A stretch of 64,000 nucleotides of DNA, from assembly GCA_947626105.1 (NCBI GenBank), contig CANQQY010000002.1, forward strand, positions 101,083-165,082. The letters run 5' to 3'. The stretch's first letter is position 1. Each line of letters opens with the position of its first letter. Made by a program: the position numbers and the translations under genes. Source of the DNA: an uncultured Clostridia bacterium. GTDB taxonomy: Bacteria; Bacillota; Clostridia; Christensenellales; Borkfalkiaceae. The notes beneath the pieces are model-generated. The model had not been told where the DNA came from. It did no database searches and saw only the letters and a program-made list of their open reading frames with translations. Shown piece after piece: positions 9,008 through 17,221 of this stretch.

Positions 9008-9250
9008 CTAAATGGAAACGTACCGTCCGCCCGCGCGCCGCATGTAGCCCGCAAAGGCGGAATAATTCTTCCTCTGTATGATCAGCCGCGCACGGGAAAG
9101 GAACCCGTCCTCGAAGCGGACGGAGATCCCGCAGCCCACTCTCGCCTCGGAGGGATTGGAGACCGGCTGCGCGGGGATCCCGCTACTACGGAACTCCGAA
9201 ATACAGTCAAGCGCCTGTGCGCGCGATTTGAAAACAGCTACGATCGTCAT
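9008..9250 (-). CDS. DUF3343-like small protein
   Basis: 80 aa with a GIPAQPVSNPSEARVGCGISVRF motif. This family often sits next to cysteine desulfurase-like genes. Confidence 0.5.
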   Translation of the reverse strand: MTIVAVFKSRAQALDCISEFRSSGIPAQPVSNPSEARVGCGISVRFEDGFLSRARLIIQRKNYSAFAGYMRRAGGRYVSI

Positions 9251-9303
9251 ACATCTTATCCTGCCCTCGTATAATAGATTATCTTTTTTGGGGGGTCAAA
9301 GCC

Positions 9304-10404
9304 ATGCTCTATCTCGACAACGCCGCAACGGAGGGCTCAAAGCCGGCTCAAGTCAGAGCCGCGGTTCTTGCCGCCATGAAGGTATGCGCCAATCCGGGGC
9401 GAAGCGGGCACCGCCTCTCCCTCGCCCACGCCGAACACGTTCTCGCGTGCAGACAGCTTCTTTCGGATGTGTTCGGGGGATACGGCTTCGAACGCGCCGT
9501 ATTCACGAGGAGCTGTACGGAAGCCCTCAACCTCGCCATTTTCGGTGTTCTCGGAGCGGGCGATCACGTCGTCTGCACCACCCTCGAGCACAACTCCGTG
9601 CTCCGTCCGCTCCATGCCCTCGCCGAACGCGGGGTCATCTCCTACGACGTCGCCCCGCTCACGGACGGAAAACTCCTGCCCGAAACGGTCGCCTCGCTCG
9701 TCAAAGAAAATACCCGCCTCGTCTGCGTGACGGCGGCGTCCAACGTGACGGGCGTCTCCTGCGACCTCAAAGCGGTGCGTTCGCTCCTGCCCGAAAAAGT
9801 GCTTCTGTTGACGGACGGGGCGCAGGGCGCGGGGCACATTCCCATTTCCATGAAGGGAGCGGGCATCGACCTCTTGGCGCTTGCGGGGCACAAGGGACTG
9901 CACGCCATCCAGATCGGCGCGCTGCTCTTTTCCGAACGCGTGGAGCCTCACCCCTTGATCTTCGGGGGCACGGGGAGCGAGAGCCTAAGCCTCGGCATGC
10001 CGTCCTTTTATCCCGACCGTCTCGAAAGCGGGACGCTCTCCTACCCTGCCGTCTGCTCCCTCTTTGAGGGACTTACCATCTTGAAGAGCGCGCGGCGGAG
10101 CGGACTCTATCAGGTCACCGCCGCCCTGCGGGAAGCCGTCGTGGAAATGCCCGCCTATGAGATCTTTTCCCCGCCCAATGCCTGCGGGATCTTTTCCTTC
10201 CGCCATAAGGGGATCCCTTCCGAGGAAGTCGCCTCCCTTCTTTCCGACCGCTTCGACATCGCCGTCCGCGGCGGACTGCACTGCGCCCCGCTCGCGCACA
10301 AGGCGCTGGGGACCCTCCCCGACGGGCTCGTACGGGCGTCCTTTTCTACTGCGCAGGGCATGCGGGAAGCGGCGATGCTCGTGAATGCGCTGAAAAAGAT
10401 CTAA
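9304..10404 (+). CDS. Class V aminotransferase / cysteine desulfurase family protein
   Basis: 366 aa. PLP-lysine context LALAGHKGLHA. N-terminal LYLDNAATE is typical of the fold. Confidence 0.75.
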   Translation: MLYLDNAATEGSKPAQVRAAVLAAMKVCANPGRSGHRLSLAHAEHVLACRQLLSDVFGGYGFERAVFTRSCTEALNLAIFGVLGAGDHVVCTTLEHNSVLRPLHALAERGVISYDVAPLTDGKLLPETVASLVKENTRLVCVTAASNVTGVSCDLKAVRSLLPEKVLLLTDGAQGAGHIPISMKGAGIDLLALAGHKGLHAIQIGALLFSERVEPHPLIFGGTGSESLSLGMPSFYPDRLESGTLSYPAVCSLFEGLTILKSARRSGLYQVTAALREAVVEMPAYEIFSPPNACGIFSFRHKGIPSEEVASLLSDRFDIAVRGGLHCAPLAHKALGTLPDGLVRASFSTAQGMREAAMLVNALKKI

Positions 10405-10661
10405 ATGCTTTTGAGTTTTTCGACGAGCTTTTGGAGCCTCTTTCGCTTGGGCGGATCGAGCATGGGCGAGAAACGGGCGAAAAATTCGTCGATCTGCGCG
10501 TTGGAGAGCGTTCCGTTGCGCTTCCCCTCCTCGGCGCGGGCGTAGATCTCCTTGATGAGATCGTTCTCGTTTTTCCCCGAAAGGTCTCCCGTGAGCTTTT
10601 CCGCTTCCTTCATGAGCGCCGCGCCCTCTTCCGTATTCTGAAAACTCGCAAAATCCTTCAT
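10401..10661 (-). CDS. Small hypothetical protein (86 aa)
   Basis: Only the 3' part of track ORF 10401..11093 looks coding. ATG 10661 has AAGAGGTG 4 nt upstream, and the composition is K/E/L-rich. Confidence 0.5.
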   Translation of the reverse strand: MKDFASFQNTEEGAALMKEAEKLTGDLSGKNENDLIKEIYARAEEGKRNGTLSNAQIDEFFARFSPMLDPPKRKRLQKLVEKLKSI

Positions 10662-10674
10662 ATACACCTCTTTT

Positions 10675-10721
10675 CCCATTGTATGCCCGTCACCCGCGAT
10701 TTGACAGCCGCATACAATGGG
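10675..10721. promoter_or_regulatory. Inverted repeat carrying two back-to-back -10 boxes
   Basis: CCCATTGTATGC (10675-10686) and GCATACAATGGG (10710-10721). Each arm reads TACAAT toward one of the divergent small genes. Confidence 0.4.
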
Positions 10722-10724
10722 AGC

Positions 10725-10988
10725 ATGGAAGTGATCCTCCTTGTTCTCTTTTTGATGAACGCAGACGATCGCACAAAGGAGTCTTTGAAGAATTTCCTCG
10801 ATTTTTACAGGGAAAACCGCACCCTCATCGCCACGCTTGCGGGGGCGGCGGGAACGACGGGTACGCCTGCGGCGGAGCCCGAACAGGCAAAACCGTCCGA
10901 GGCGGCGGAGGAAGAAAAAAACCGGCCCCGCAGCGAGGTCGGCGACAAAAATATTTTGGAAGAGTATCTGCGGCGGCTCGCAGGTTAG
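10725..10988 (+). CDS. Small hypothetical protein (87 aa), possibly leaderless
   Basis: MEVILLVLFLMNADDRTKESLKNFLDFYRENR... has protein-like composition. TACAAT ends 6 nt before ATG 10725. Confidence 0.4.
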   Translation: MEVILLVLFLMNADDRTKESLKNFLDFYRENRTLIATLAGAAGTTGTPAAEPEQAKPSEAAEEEKNRPRSEVGDKNILEEYLRRLAG

Positions 10989-12367
10989 ATCAAGCGGAGA
11001 AACTCCTCCGCTCCCGCCAATTTTTCGGCATGCACCGCATGGTCGCCATAGGCGCGGATCCCCACGTCGTGGATGGAATTTCCCTTCGGCCAAAAGATCT
11101 CCGCGACGGTGAGGCGGAGCGCCCTGCCGCCGGGGGCGGTAAAGGTGCTCTGCATGACGCCCTTCCCGTACGTCTTTGCAACTTCCTGTCCATTGTATGT
11201 GCTCACGCGCAGATAAATATCGTCTTGCGTGATCGTTCCGTAGTCGAGCATTGCGCCGATGAGCGCCTCGGAAGCGGAAGCCGTGCTCTCGTCCCCGAGC
11301 ACGCGGATGCGGGAATCCGCAGAGAAATATTTGCCGAAGTCGTTTCCGTCGGCGGTGTATTCTTCCGTCTTGCCGTCACGGTAGCGGGCGACGGCGACGA
11401 GCGGGCTGTTCCCCTCCGCATTCTTCAAAAGGTGCGCCGCGATCTCGCACAGCGTGGAGAGATACCCGCCGCCGTTGGAGCGCAGGTCGAGCACGAGATC
11501 CGTCCTTCCCCGCTCCTTCATCATTTCAAGGCAGGCTTCGAATTCCTCCGCGGCTCTTCCGTCAAATTCGGTGAGGCGGAGATATGCCGTTTTCCCGTCG
11601 AGCGCGGACATGCCCCCTCCGATCTGCGTGAGCGTGAGCGTATCCCCGCCGCGGAAGCGGAAACTTCCCTCACTGTCGCGGTACTCGCAATAGGAGCCCG
11701 CATAGCTCTCCCGCGCGACCGTCCCGACTTTCTTTTCTCCGTCCGCATAGCCGAATTCGAGGACGACGCTGTCATGGGAAGTCAAAAAGGCGTAGGCTTC
11801 CTCGGGCGTGCCTTCGCGGAGAGTCTCCGCGCTCTCGCCGAAACGGTAAATATACATGCCCGTTTCCATTCCCGCCCGCTCGCAGGGAGAATTGTAGACG
11901 ACGCGGGCAACGCGCGCATAATCTTCATAGACGAGACTGACGCCGTACCCCTCGTTGGAGCCTTTGCTTTCGTCTACGAGGCGGTCGTACGCGGAGGGAT
12001 TGTAGTAACTGCAATATTTGTCGAGTTCGAGCGCATGAAAGAGCTTGTCGTAGAGTTCGTCGTCGTCAAGTTCCCGATAATAGTTTTCTTCGACCCGCTC
12101 CGCAAGCCAAATGAGGTCGCGCGCACGCTCGTCGAAGTTCCCGAGGGCGAGATACCACCCGCCGAGAAATCCGCCGCATAAAAAAATGACCGCGAGAAGG
12201 ATCGCGCAGAGGATCGGGAGAACTTTTCTCTTCTTCTCCGCGGGCGCGGACGCGGCAAACCTGCTCTGTTCCGTCTCCTCGGACATGGTAGGCTCATTTT
12301 GTTCCGAGCCTTCGGACATGGTAGGCTCGTTTTGCTTCGGTTCGGACATGGTATCCTCTTGTTTCAT
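10985..12367 (-). CDS. S41 family C-terminal processing peptidase, membrane anchored
   Basis: LDLRSNGGGYLS and the ASASE serine region are present. There is an N-terminal TM segment and a repeated NEPTMSE tail. The start overlaps the upstream stop (ATGA at 12364-12367). Confidence 0.8.
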   Translation of the reverse strand: MKQEDTMSEPKQNEPTMSEGSEQNEPTMSEETEQSRFAASAPAEKKRKVLPILCAILLAVIFLCGGFLGGWYLALGNFDERARDLIWLAERVEENYYRELDDDELYDKLFHALELDKYCSYYNPSAYDRLVDESKGSNEGYGVSLVYEDYARVARVVYNSPCERAGMETGMYIYRFGESAETLREGTPEEAYAFLTSHDSVVLEFGYADGEKKVGTVARESYAGSYCEYRDSEGSFRFRGGDTLTLTQIGGGMSALDGKTAYLRLTEFDGRAAEEFEACLEMMKERGRTDLVLDLRSNGGGYLSTLCEIAAHLLKNAEGNSPLVAVARYRDGKTEEYTADGNDFGKYFSADSRIRVLGDESTASASEALIGAMLDYGTITQDDIYLRVSTYNGQEVAKTYGKGVMQSTFTAPGGRALRLTVAEIFWPKGNSIHDVGIRAYGDHAVHAEKLAGAEEFLRLI

Positions 12368-13326
12368 ACAATGCCTCCGCGGGAATTCAAGAGTTTTGAA
12401 AGGATCGTCATGACGCGGAAGGTGACCGCGTCGGAGAATTTACGGATATCGAGCCCCGTGAGACGCTCGATCTTATCGAGACGGTAGGAAAGGGTGTTGC
12501 GGTGGATGAAAAGGGCGCGGCTGGTTTCGGAGAGGTTGAGATCGCTCTCCAAAAAGACTTCCGCCGTCCCCGTAAGCTCCTCGTCGGCAAAGACGTTCTC
12601 CGCACCGCGGACGCCGAGCCGGACGGCATATTCTTCGAGCTGCCGTTCGGGGATCTCCGAGAGCATCCGGACGAGCAAATATTCGCGGTAGGAGTGCACT
12701 TCTCCCTTCTCGCGCAGCATGCCGCTCATGCGGTTCGCGCTCGCCGCCTGTTCGTAAGAGAGGGCGATCCCCGTAAAGGACTCCGCCTCGCACCCGACGC
12801 CGATCCGGGCGTGAACGCCCGTCTCCTCATAGAGAGATAAGTTAAGAAATTGCCCGAATTCGTAGGGAGTTTGCCCGTCCTCGGTGAATTTTACGACGGC
12901 GATACGGCTGCCGTCCATCAACACAGCGGCGTCCGATCCTTCGAGGCACCGCTCCACATGCTCCATGGCATCCGCGATCCGTTTCTCGGGGATCAGGTCG
13001 ATCGCAAAACAGGCTCCGTCCGTCATTTTGTACTTTGCAAGATAGCGGAATGCCTGCGCTCTTCCGCCCTCCCCGAGAAGCACGCTCTTCAAACGCTCTT
13101 TTCTGCTCCCCGCGGCGGGCGCGTCCGAAAGAAGATAGGCGATGAGCTTCGCCTCGCGCGCCGCCTCTTCCCCCGTCCCCGCGAGGTAGATCTCCCGCTC
13201 CGAACCGCCGAATCCGACGCGGAAGGAGGTCTCCTCCCCGCCGCGCGGCGACGGATAGACGTCGACCCCCGTCTTGGAACGGATGTCGGCAAGAAAAGCA
13301 TCGAACGCGGAAAGACGGCTTTCCAT
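12364..13326 (-). CDS. PucR/CdaR-like transcriptional regulator
   Basis: C-terminal HTH LNLSETSRALFIHRNTLSYRLDKIERLTGLDI. Start set at ATG 13326, which has AAGGGGGG upstream. The upstream part of the track ORF is AT-rich promoter DNA. Confidence 0.7.
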   Translation of the reverse strand: MESRLSAFDAFLADIRSKTGVDVYPSPRGGEETSFRVGFGGSEREIYLAGTGEEAAREAKLIAYLLSDAPAAGSRKERLKSVLLGEGGRAQAFRYLAKYKMTDGACFAIDLIPEKRIADAMEHVERCLEGSDAAVLMDGSRIAVVKFTEDGQTPYEFGQFLNLSLYEETGVHARIGVGCEAESFTGIALSYEQAASANRMSGMLREKGEVHSYREYLLVRMLSEIPERQLEEYAVRLGVRGAENVFADEELTGTAEVFLESDLNLSETSRALFIHRNTLSYRLDKIERLTGLDIRKFSDAVTFRVMTILSKLLNSRGGIV

Positions 13327-13518
13327 GGATCCCCCCTTGGGCGAAATATCGCCGTGCGGAAGTATTATACCATGACCGCGCGCAAATAGCAAGATACTTT
13401 TTTGCCCATTCCGCCGTAAAAAACGCGTTTTTGAGAAAAAATAGGCGTTTATGCACAAACTGTCAGTAAAATTATGTGTAAAAAACAGAGAGAATTCGGG
13501 GTTTTTTGCGCATACGTG

Positions 13519-13547
13519 TTGACACCTGTCATAAAACATGATATAAT
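13519..13547 (+). promoter_or_regulatory. Consensus sigma-A promoter
   Basis: TTGACA, 17 nt, TGa-TATAAT (13542-13547). Confidence 0.7.
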
Positions 13548-13606
13548 GAATAGGATTTTTGGAATACGGTACGGAAAAAACCGTATCAAAAGGGAGTTTA
13601 CCTCAT

Positions 13607-15331
13607 ATGGAAAACAATGTTTTTAACCCGGATGAAGGTATCAAGCAAGACGCGCCCAAGGCGGAGTCCAAGCCGAAGAAAGAGAAGAAGGCGAAGCCCG
13701 AAAAGGCTCCGAAAGCTCCTAAGCCCCAGAAACCCCCGAAGCCTTACGGCGTCGTCGCAGGGTATAGGGCTCTGGCGATCGCTACGCTCGTGCTCACGAT
13801 CGGCGGACTCTTTTTGGGACTGCTCGGCGATTCGATTGATTGGCTGGCGCACACGTTCTATTCCTCTGCGAACGCCAACACGATGCTTAATAGCCTATCT
13901 AATAGTCTGTCCTTCGAAGTTCCGAATCTTCTGCCCGGATCGCTGCTCAACTATGCCATCCTGTATCCTTTGGACACCCTTGCAAACATCGCCGATCAGT
14001 TTGCCGGCGGGGATTTCTTTGCGATCCTCGGCGGGCTCATCGAACTTCTGTTCCTGACCGGCGTATTCCTTCTCCTCATCGTTGCGATCGTTGCCGCGCC
14101 GATCTGCACGCTCGTTGCAGTCTGCTCTCGGAAACGCGCAAGAAGCGCGTCGATCGCGACCGCTATTCTGTCCTTCCTGTCCTACGGGCTCCTCTTCCTG
14201 TGGAATTTCAGTATTGAGCTTTTGAAAAATGGTTGGGACGGTGCGGATATCGACTTGCCCGTTGCGATCATCGCGGGGTGCCTCTTTGCGGGGCTCGTCG
14301 CGACGGCGATCCTCAGGAACAAGGTGCGCGGCGGCATGATGGTAGCGTCCGTGTGCTGCACATTCGCCTTGATCCTCGGTATCGTCTATCCTGTATCGAG
14401 CGCGTCTGAGGCTGTTTCGGGCTCCTTCCTGAACATTGCCGCCGATCCTTTCCTCTACGGCGTGGCGCTCGGCATGCACGTATGGCTGTTCTACCATGTG
14501 ATCGCGACTCTTAGGCGTATCACTGCCAAACAGAAATACGGATATGACATCGGCCGTTATGTTGTCATGCTCATATTGGTGCTCGCCTTCATCGTTGCGG
14601 TTTGCATGAGCGGCGGCGATTTCGACTTCTCCATTCCGTTCGAAAGCGATCTGACGAACAACCTTCTCTCCACCCTTCTTTTGCTCATCGGCTCCGTTGC
14701 GGGTCTCGGCGTCTCCATCACCGCAAAAGTGCTCGACAACAAAGAAAAGGCAAAGGAAGCCGCCGCAGCGCCGCAATACGATCCTTACCAGCAACAGCAG
14801 CCGCAGCAGAACCCTTACGGCTACGGGTACGATCAAGGCTATCCCTATGCGCCCGCATATGCGCCCCAGCCCCAATATTACAATCCCGCATATGTTCCCG
14901 TTGCGGTTCCCGTAGCGCCCGCGGCACAGCCCGAACCTCAAAGAGAGATGACCGATTTCGAGCGCGAGATGCTCTCGATCGCTTCCAAACCCGAAGCGGC
15001 GCCCGCGCCCGCACCTGCGGCGCAACCTACGCCCGTTTTCGTGCACAAGTCACAGCCCGCACCCAAAGCGCAGCCCGAAAAGTCCGCTTACGGCGACGGT
15101 TCCTACACCTACGATCCTTTCTTCACGATGCTCACCAACGCTGAAAAGGACGAATTCGGCGATCTGTTCATCGCGCACAAGAAGGGCGAATTCAGCGATC
15201 TGCCCACCTACGTCATCGGTGGCGACAATAAGGAATTCTTCAACAAGGTCTGGATCCGCTACTCGAGATACGACATGTCTCCCGAACTTAGAGAGAAGAT
15301 CTTCTCCTATGTCCGTTCGCAAAAGAAGTAA
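13607..15331 (+). CDS. Large polytopic membrane protein with a Pro/Gln-rich linker and a C-terminal soluble domain
   Basis: Start ATG 13607 follows AAGGGAG. Lys/Pro-rich N-terminal tail, about 10 TM spans, a PQYDPYQQQQPQQNPYGYGYDQGYPYAPAYAPQPQYYNPAY linker and a conserved-looking tail. Confidence 0.6.
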   Translation: MENNVFNPDEGIKQDAPKAESKPKKEKKAKPEKAPKAPKPQKPPKPYGVVAGYRALAIATLVLTIGGLFLGLLGDSIDWLAHTFYSSANANTMLNSLSNSLSFEVPNLLPGSLLNYAILYPLDTLANIADQFAGGDFFAILGGLIELLFLTGVFLLLIVAIVAAPICTLVAVCSRKRARSASIATAILSFLSYGLLFLWNFSIELLKNGWDGADIDLPVAIIAGCLFAGLVATAILRNKVRGGMMVASVCCTFALILGIVYPVSSASEAVSGSFLNIAADPFLYGVALGMHVWLFYHVIATLRRITAKQKYGYDIGRYVVMLILVLAFIVAVCMSGGDFDFSIPFESDLTNNLLSTLLLLIGSVAGLGVSITAKVLDNKEKAKEAAAAPQYDPYQQQQPQQNPYGYGYDQGYPYAPAYAPQPQYYNPAYVPVAVPVAPAAQPEPQREMTDFEREMLSIASKPEAAPAPAPAAQPTPVFVHKSQPAPKAQPEKSAYGDGSYTYDPFFTMLTNAEKDEFGDLFIAHKKGEFSDLPTYVIGGDNKEFFNKVWIRYSRYDMSPELREKIFSYVRSQKK

Positions 15332-15341
15332 ATAAGCATCC

Positions 15342-15374
15342 AAAAAGCCGTCGGCTGGGCCGACGGCTTTTTTG
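15342..15374. terminator. Bidirectional intrinsic terminator
   Basis: AAAAAGCCGTCGG-CTGGGC-CGACGGCTTTTTT. Confidence 0.8.
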
Positions 15375-15381
15375 TATATCC

Positions 15382-15738
15382 TTATTTCGTGAGCAAGACG
15401 ACGATGCCGTCCTCCTCGCTGTAAGATCTTCGGAAGGAGAGGGCGTCCACGAGATACAGCCCCCTGCCGCGCTCCTCGTCCACGGCGGAGCAGACGCTCT
15501 GCTTAGGGGGACGGAATGCCCGCTCTCCCCGTACGCGGATCTCGATATATTCCGCAAGGCAGACGGAAAGATACGCCCGCCCGCCGCCGTGCTGCAACAC
15601 GTTGGAGACAAGCTCGTCCACGACGACTTTACAGTCGAACACCCGCCCGTCCGGGACTCCCTGCGCGGCGATCTCCCCGCAGATCTTCGAAAGTGCCTCC
15701 CTTAGCGCAAGAAAATTGTCGATCTCAAACCGCATCAT
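15382..15738 (-). CDS. HATPase-type anti-sigma regulatory factor-like protein (118 aa)
   Basis: N-box DELVSNVLQHG and G2-like GRGLYLV are present. The G1 DxGxG box is replaced by VRGERAF. The start overlaps the sigma gene stop (ATGA). Confidence 0.6.
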   Translation of the reverse strand: MMRFEIDNFLALREALSKICGEIAAQGVPDGRVFDCKVVVDELVSNVLQHGGGRAYLSVCLAEYIEIRVRGERAFRPPKQSVCSAVDEERGRGLYLVDALSFRRSYSEEDGIVVLLTK

Positions 15739-16457
15739 TCCGCCATGCTCTTTTTGAGCCTCTCCCTTAGTTTTTCCAGGATGCGCCGTTCCATGCGCGA
15801 CACATACATCTGCGAAACGCCTAACTTTCGGGCGGTGTCCGCCTGTGAAAGCTCCTGGCGGAACCGGTAATCGACAACAGTGCGTTCGGCGTCGTTTAAC
15901 TCTTTGAGCGCGGCGGACAGCTCGTCGTGCGTTTCGAGACGCTCAAAGATGTCGCTGTCGTCGGGGATCACCTCGTAAAAGCTCAAATCTTCTTCGCCCG
16001 AGGGTCTGTCGAGGGAGACGACCCCGCCCGCCTCCGCGGACATGAGCACTTCTTCCTCCGTCACGGAGAGCCGCTCTGCGATCTCGGCGGCGGTGGGCTT
16101 GCGCCCCAGCTCATGCGTGAGTTCTTCGGACGCCTGCGCGATCCTTGCGCGAAGTTCGGAGACCTTCCGCGGCAGATGGATGAGGCGGGAGCGGTCGCGG
16201 AAGTAATTCTTGATCTCCCCCGTGATCGTGGGCGTAATGAATGTGGAAAATTTCAGACCTTTGCGCTCGTCAAAGCGATCCACCCCCTTGATGAGCGCCA
16301 AGGAGGCGACCTGATAGAGATCGTCGTATTCCACGCCGCGCCCCACAAACTTTTTTGCGATGATCGCGGCTATGTAAAGGTATTTTTCGACGATGAGATT
16401 GCGAACGGCAACATCCCCCGTCTCCCGATACCTTGCGAAAAGTTCGTTTTCCGTCAT
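15735..16457 (-). CDS. Group 3 sigma-70 factor of the SigB/SigF/SigG type
   Basis: Region 2 DDLYQVASLALIKGVDRFD and FSTFITPTITGEIKNYFRD. Region 4 LSQADTARKLGVSQMYVSRMERRILEKLR. ATGA overlaps at both ends. Confidence 0.8.
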   Translation of the reverse strand: MTENELFARYRETGDVAVRNLIVEKYLYIAAIIAKKFVGRGVEYDDLYQVASLALIKGVDRFDERKGLKFSTFITPTITGEIKNYFRDRSRLIHLPRKVSELRARIAQASEELTHELGRKPTAAEIAERLSVTEEEVLMSAEAGGVVSLDRPSGEEDLSFYEVIPDDSDIFERLETHDELSAALKELNDAERTVVDYRFRQELSQADTARKLGVSQMYVSRMERRILEKLRERLKKSMAE

Positions 16458-16819
16458 GCCTGTTCCCCGCATGCAAAGGTGAAGGCGGAAAGTTTCCCGT
16501 CTTGTTCTTCCGTCTCGAGATCGGAAAGAAGGGCATTGAGAAGCGCAAGCGAGATCTCGTCCTCGCTCGTCTCCTCCGCCTTGCCTTCCCCTTCGCCCGA
16601 AATGCGGACGCGGAGCCCCCCGTCCTCATAAAAACGGACGTGTGCGTTGAGATATCCCCTGTGTTTGAGCAGGAGCAAGCTCTCGGTCACGCAAACCTTG
16701 CAATCCTCGCTCGCGTCGAGATCCATACCCTTCATGGCGCAGACGCCGCCGACCGCAAGACGCACCGTCGTCATCACCTCGCTCAAAAGGGGAAAATTCA
16801 GTTCGAATACGTTTTTCAT
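16454..16819 (-). CDS. SpoIIAB/RsbW-like anti-sigma factor lacking kinase motifs
   Basis: The N-terminus aligns by eye with SpoIIAB (MKN..EL.F..LSE...VRL.V). The N-box Asn and the G1/G2 boxes are absent (VTESLLLLKHRGY; RISGEGEG). Confidence 0.55.
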   Translation of the reverse strand: MKNVFELNFPLLSEVMTTVRLAVGGVCAMKGMDLDASEDCKVCVTESLLLLKHRGYLNAHVRFYEDGGLRVRISGEGEGKAEETSEDEISLALLNALLSDLETEEQDGKLSAFTFACGEQA

Positions 16820-17121
16820 CCCTCTATCTCCATGATGGTATCGAGCGCGCAGATCACGAACAGCTTTTTGAGCTGCGGGCGCAGTGCGGTGAGCTTCAAG
16901 GCATGCCCGTCCGCTTTGAGCTCTTTCATGATCTTGACGAATACGCCGAGTGTCGTCGAATCAATAAACGTAAGGCGGGCGCATTCGAAAACGACGTCCC
17001 GCGGGAGACGGCGGTAGACGTCCATGACTTCCGCATACAACTCATCGGAATTTTCGGAGTCGATCTCTCCCGCCAGCGAAAAGGTGAGGGGGTCTCCCCC
17101 TACAACTGTAACTTCCTGCAT
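16816..17121 (-). CDS. STAS-domain anti-anti-sigma factor
   Basis: ARLTFIDSTTLGVFVKIM carries the phosphorylatable Ser/Thr motif. Start ATG 17121 follows GGAGGATGTT. Confidence 0.75.
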   Translation of the reverse strand: MQEVTVVGGDPLTFSLAGEIDSENSDELYAEVMDVYRRLPRDVVFECARLTFIDSTTLGVFVKIMKELKADGHALKLTALRPQLKKLFVICALDTIMEIEG

Positions 17122-17192
17122 AACATCCTCCGCCGCCGCATTGGCGGTCTTTTTTTCCGCCCCGCAGGGGACGGTTCTGTCTTTTCGGATAT

Positions 17193-17221
17193 AGTGTATC
17201 AAAAAAGCGGGAAAATGTCAA
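17193..17221 (-). promoter_or_regulatory. Candidate promoter of the STAS-sigma operon
   Basis: Minus strand reads TTGACA (17221-17216), 17 nt, TACACT (17198-17193). It overlaps the terminator-like hairpin at the end of the upstream HAD gene. Confidence 0.45.
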
